This document shows, in pieces, positions 54,350-56,597 of a stretch of 56,597 bases of DNA (the stretch's first letter is position 1; each line of letters begins with the position of its first letter). The notes under the pieces were generated by a model. The model ran no database searches and was not told where the DNA came from. It worked only from the letters and a program-made list of their open reading frames with translations. Where the stretch lies: the IMG/VR virus record IMGVR_UViG_3300030419_006978, positions 1 to 56,597 of that record; one strand, 5' to 3'. Source of the stretch: a virus. Taxonomy: Duplodnaviria; Caudoviricetes. The translations under genes and the position numbers were made by a program.

Positions 54350-56597
54350 TTAGAAGACGTACCAAGCATTACCCGCTTTCGAGCCCGAAAGCATTATCAA
54401 ATCAATAGCGGCATAATCTGCGTCAAGTTTAATTGACTCATTGCCGTCAATCTTTTCGCCCAAGCCGCCAGAGCCAGTGATCGTGATAACATTATCCGAA
54501 GCATTGCCCCCAACATTCTTGACCGATATAATCCTGCCCGCATTATTAGACCCAGAGGGCAGTGTAATGGTCACGCTACTAGCGCCCGAGGTCGATCCGG
54601 AGATTGCTAGAATTCTAACATTGTCCGAGTCCGTAACGGTATAGCTGCCGCTAACAAAGGCACCGGCTGGACCGCCGCCCTTATTATTAGTGGTAGCCGC
54701 CAAAGTAAAGTACTGTGCGCCTCCGAAATCGACTGCCGACTCAGTAAACTTAACACCCTGATCAGCGACAATGTCCAGATGACCATCCTCTGAAGAATAG
54801 ATGTAAAGAGCACTGTCTCTAAACTGCAGCTTGTTACCACCAGCCACTTTCAGCGCCGAAACATCTCCATCTAGCCGGAAGACCTCAGTAGACGATCCAC
54901 CGTCATTGACCTTAAAGATCATGTCCTTATCTGAAATAAGACTAGAAATCGTGATGTCATCACTGCTTTCGCTAATTGAAAATTCATTAGCACCAGCACC
55001 AACAATCAGATCTCCAAGCACTTCCATGTCAACACCTGCTCTAACATCATTGTTAAAGACAGCTCGACCGGCATCGGACATGTCAAGGGTCAATGCCGTA
55101 ATTCCCGATCCGCCATCAGAGCCCTTAAAGATAATATCTTTGTCAGAAACTGAGGCTGAAATCACAAAGTCAGTACTGGAGTTGACTAGTCCACCAAACA
55201 GAGTTCCGCCATCTTTCAACAAAATGTCAGCCCCGTCTGCGTCCAAACTAATATCACCAGCAACGTCTAGCGTCAATCCTGTTGCCCCAGCAGCAATAGT
55301 CGCTCCGGTGTTACCGTCGTGAGTAATGCTAAAGTCGGCACCATCGCCCATTGAGAAAACCGAGGAGTCGGTATTCAACTTAAGATCATTGTTTCCAATC
55401 AACGTACCTGCTTCAGACATATCAATTGTCAACGCTGTGACTGCCGATCCACCATCATTACCAACAAAGACAATGTCCTTGTCCTGAACTGAAGATGAAA
55501 TATGGAAGTGAGTACTGGAGTTGACTAGTCCACCAATTCGCACATCGTTGTCCGAAAAGAGCAGCTTGCCACCATTGGCGTCAAGATTAATGTTCTTCTG
55601 GGCATAAAGATACATGTCAGAATTAGTAGGTGTCTCAATCGAGAGTGCCCTTCCATCAATCGTTCCGGAAAGAGAAAACTCTTCAGAGCCAATCTTAAGT
55701 GCACCAAACTGAGTGCCACCATCTTTCAGGAAGATATCTCCCCCATCGGCATCGAGGACAATGTCAGCAACAGAATCTAGCGTAATGTCGCCAGAGTTTG
55801 AAGACTGTACCGTAACACCAGTGTGCCCGTCAAGAGTCAGAGCAGCAGCAGCGGCATCGACCGTAAGCGCACCAGCAGAAGTCTTCCAAGTCGCTGCGCC
55901 TGCCGAGGTGATGTTGACCGGGTTACCAGCAATGGTGGCTCCAGTTGTTCCATCATGTGTAATGGTAAAGTCGGCACCATCGCCCATCTTAATAACTGAC
56001 GAGTCTGTGTTTAACGACAGATCGTTATTACCAATTAGTGTACCTGCGTCAGACATATCAATTGTAAAGGCAGTGACTGCCGATCCACCATCAGAACCCT
56101 TAAAGACAATATCCTTATTGGTTACAGACGATGAAACCACCAAATCGCTACTAGAATTTACCAGACCACCAATGAGCGTGCCGCCATCCTTGAAAAGAAT
56201 GTCAGCCCCATCAGCGTCAAGAACAATATCAGCAACAGAGTCTAGTGTAATATTACCAGAGTCTGTCGACTGTAGAGTAACGCCCGTATGTCCGTCAATA
56301 GTAACTGCTGCAGCGTTTGAGTCGATGGTGACAGCCCCCGTTGAGGTCTCAATCGTCACCGCAGCATCGCCTGCGCTAATGTCATCAGCGGCAGGGGAGC
56401 CGCCAGATGACGCCCAGCTTAAAACGGCAGAGCCGTTCGTGCTGAGTACCTGACCGCTAGAGCCGTCAGTAAGGGGAAGGGTATAAACCTTCGTCGCGGA
56501 CACATTGCCCGCCTTAAACCCCGTATAGAGCGCTCCGTTGTCCTCATCTTCATAGAAACGAAGCTCGGGAGCAGAAGCATCGCCATTTTTAAGCGAT
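54350..56597 (-). CDS. Long repeat-rich fibre protein, 5' end outside the window
   Basis: Frame stays open to the edge (SLKNGDASAPELRFYEDEDNG...TLP.TDGSSGQVLSTNGS); repeated LDADGxDIxxKDGG and KDIxFKxxDGG...LxIDMSxAG modules. Confidence 0.85.
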   Translation of the reverse strand, partial: SLKNGDASAPELRFYEDEDNGALYTGFKAGNVSATKVYTLPLTDGSSGQVLSTNGSAVLSWASSGGSPAADDISAGDAAVTIETSTGAVTIDSNAAAVTIDGHTGVTLQSTDSGNITLDSVADIVLDADGADILFKDGGTLIGGLVNSSSDLVVSSSVTNKDIVFKGSDGGSAVTAFTIDMSDAGTLIGNNDLSLNTDSSVIKMGDGADFTITHDGTTGATIAGNPVNITSAGAATWKTSAGALTVDAAAAALTLDGHTGVTVQSSNSGDITLDSVADIVLDADGGDIFLKDGGTQFGALKIGSEEFSLSGTIDGRALSIETPTNSDMYLYAQKNINLDANGGKLLFSDNDVRIGGLVNSSTHFHISSSVQDKDIVFVGNDGGSAVTALTIDMSEAGTLIGNNDLKLNTDSSVFSMGDGADFSITHDGNTGATIAAGATGLTLDVAGDISLDADGADILLKDGGTLFGGLVNSSTDFVISASVSDKDIIFKGSDGGSGITALTLDMSDAGRAVFNNDVRAGVDMEVLGDLIVGAGANEFSISESSDDITISSLISDKDMIFKVNDGGSSTEVFRLDGDVSALKVAGGNKLQFRDSALYIYSSEDGHLDIVADQGVKFTESAVDFGGAQYFTLAATTNNKGGGPAGAFVSGSYTVTDSDNVRILAISGSTSGASSVTITLPSGSNNAGRIISVKNVGGNASDNVITITGSGGLGEKIDGNESIKLDADYAAIDLIMLSGSKAGNAWYVF

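Noticed and set aside
151-56453. Plus-strand ORFs in the track (e.g. 9696-10367, 39565-40200, 55713-56453)
   Set aside because: They are antisense shadows of well-supported minus-strand genes and show no recognisable motifs.
1-56597. Stop-codon reassignment as in some large phages
   Set aside because: Conserved genes are full length in the standard code, and TAA, TAG and TGA all end genes at expected positions.
1-56597. tRNA or rRNA genes
   Set aside because: Intergenic gaps are short and I saw no cloverleaf; tRNAscan-SE would confirm.
54350-56597. Diversity-generating retroelement target in the fibre repeats
   Set aside because: The repeats are in-frame protein modules; no non-coding template repeat or reverse transcriptase is present in the window.

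Overview
A 56.6-kb segment of a large T4-like myovirus (Caudoviricetes), not a bacterial chromosome. All credible genes lie on the minus strand. In transcription order (right to left): repeat-rich fibre proteins, scaffold, gp23-like major capsid protein, neck proteins, sheath, tube, a tail chaperone pair, tape measure and baseplate; then a replication and nucleotide block (minimal PolA, MazG-like hydrolase, tubulin/FtsZ-like protein, gp32-like SSB, RecA, dCMP deaminase, 5'-3' exonuclease, DnaB-like helicase, class II RNR, GroES, DnaE, PurA, ClpP, dUTPase, adenine methylase, IMPDH/GMPR); then a stand-alone sigma region-4 protein, lysis genes, a double nuclease-like protein, a Mom-like DNA modifier, GroEL and Hsp20. 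Two promoter classes can be read from the DNA: sigma70-type (TTGACA-N16/17-TATAAT) and a phage-specific ACTAnTTA motif before virion genes. Best leads: a probable +1 frameshift in the tail chaperone, shared N-terminal leaders that may target late proteins (including a nucleotidyltransferase and a two-domain nuclease) to the capsid, an H-type pseudoknot in the recA leader, a miniature PolA-MazG-tubulin operon, and a possible G/C-to-A/T nucleotide-pool conversion pathway. All calls come from motif recognition by eye; no searches were run.
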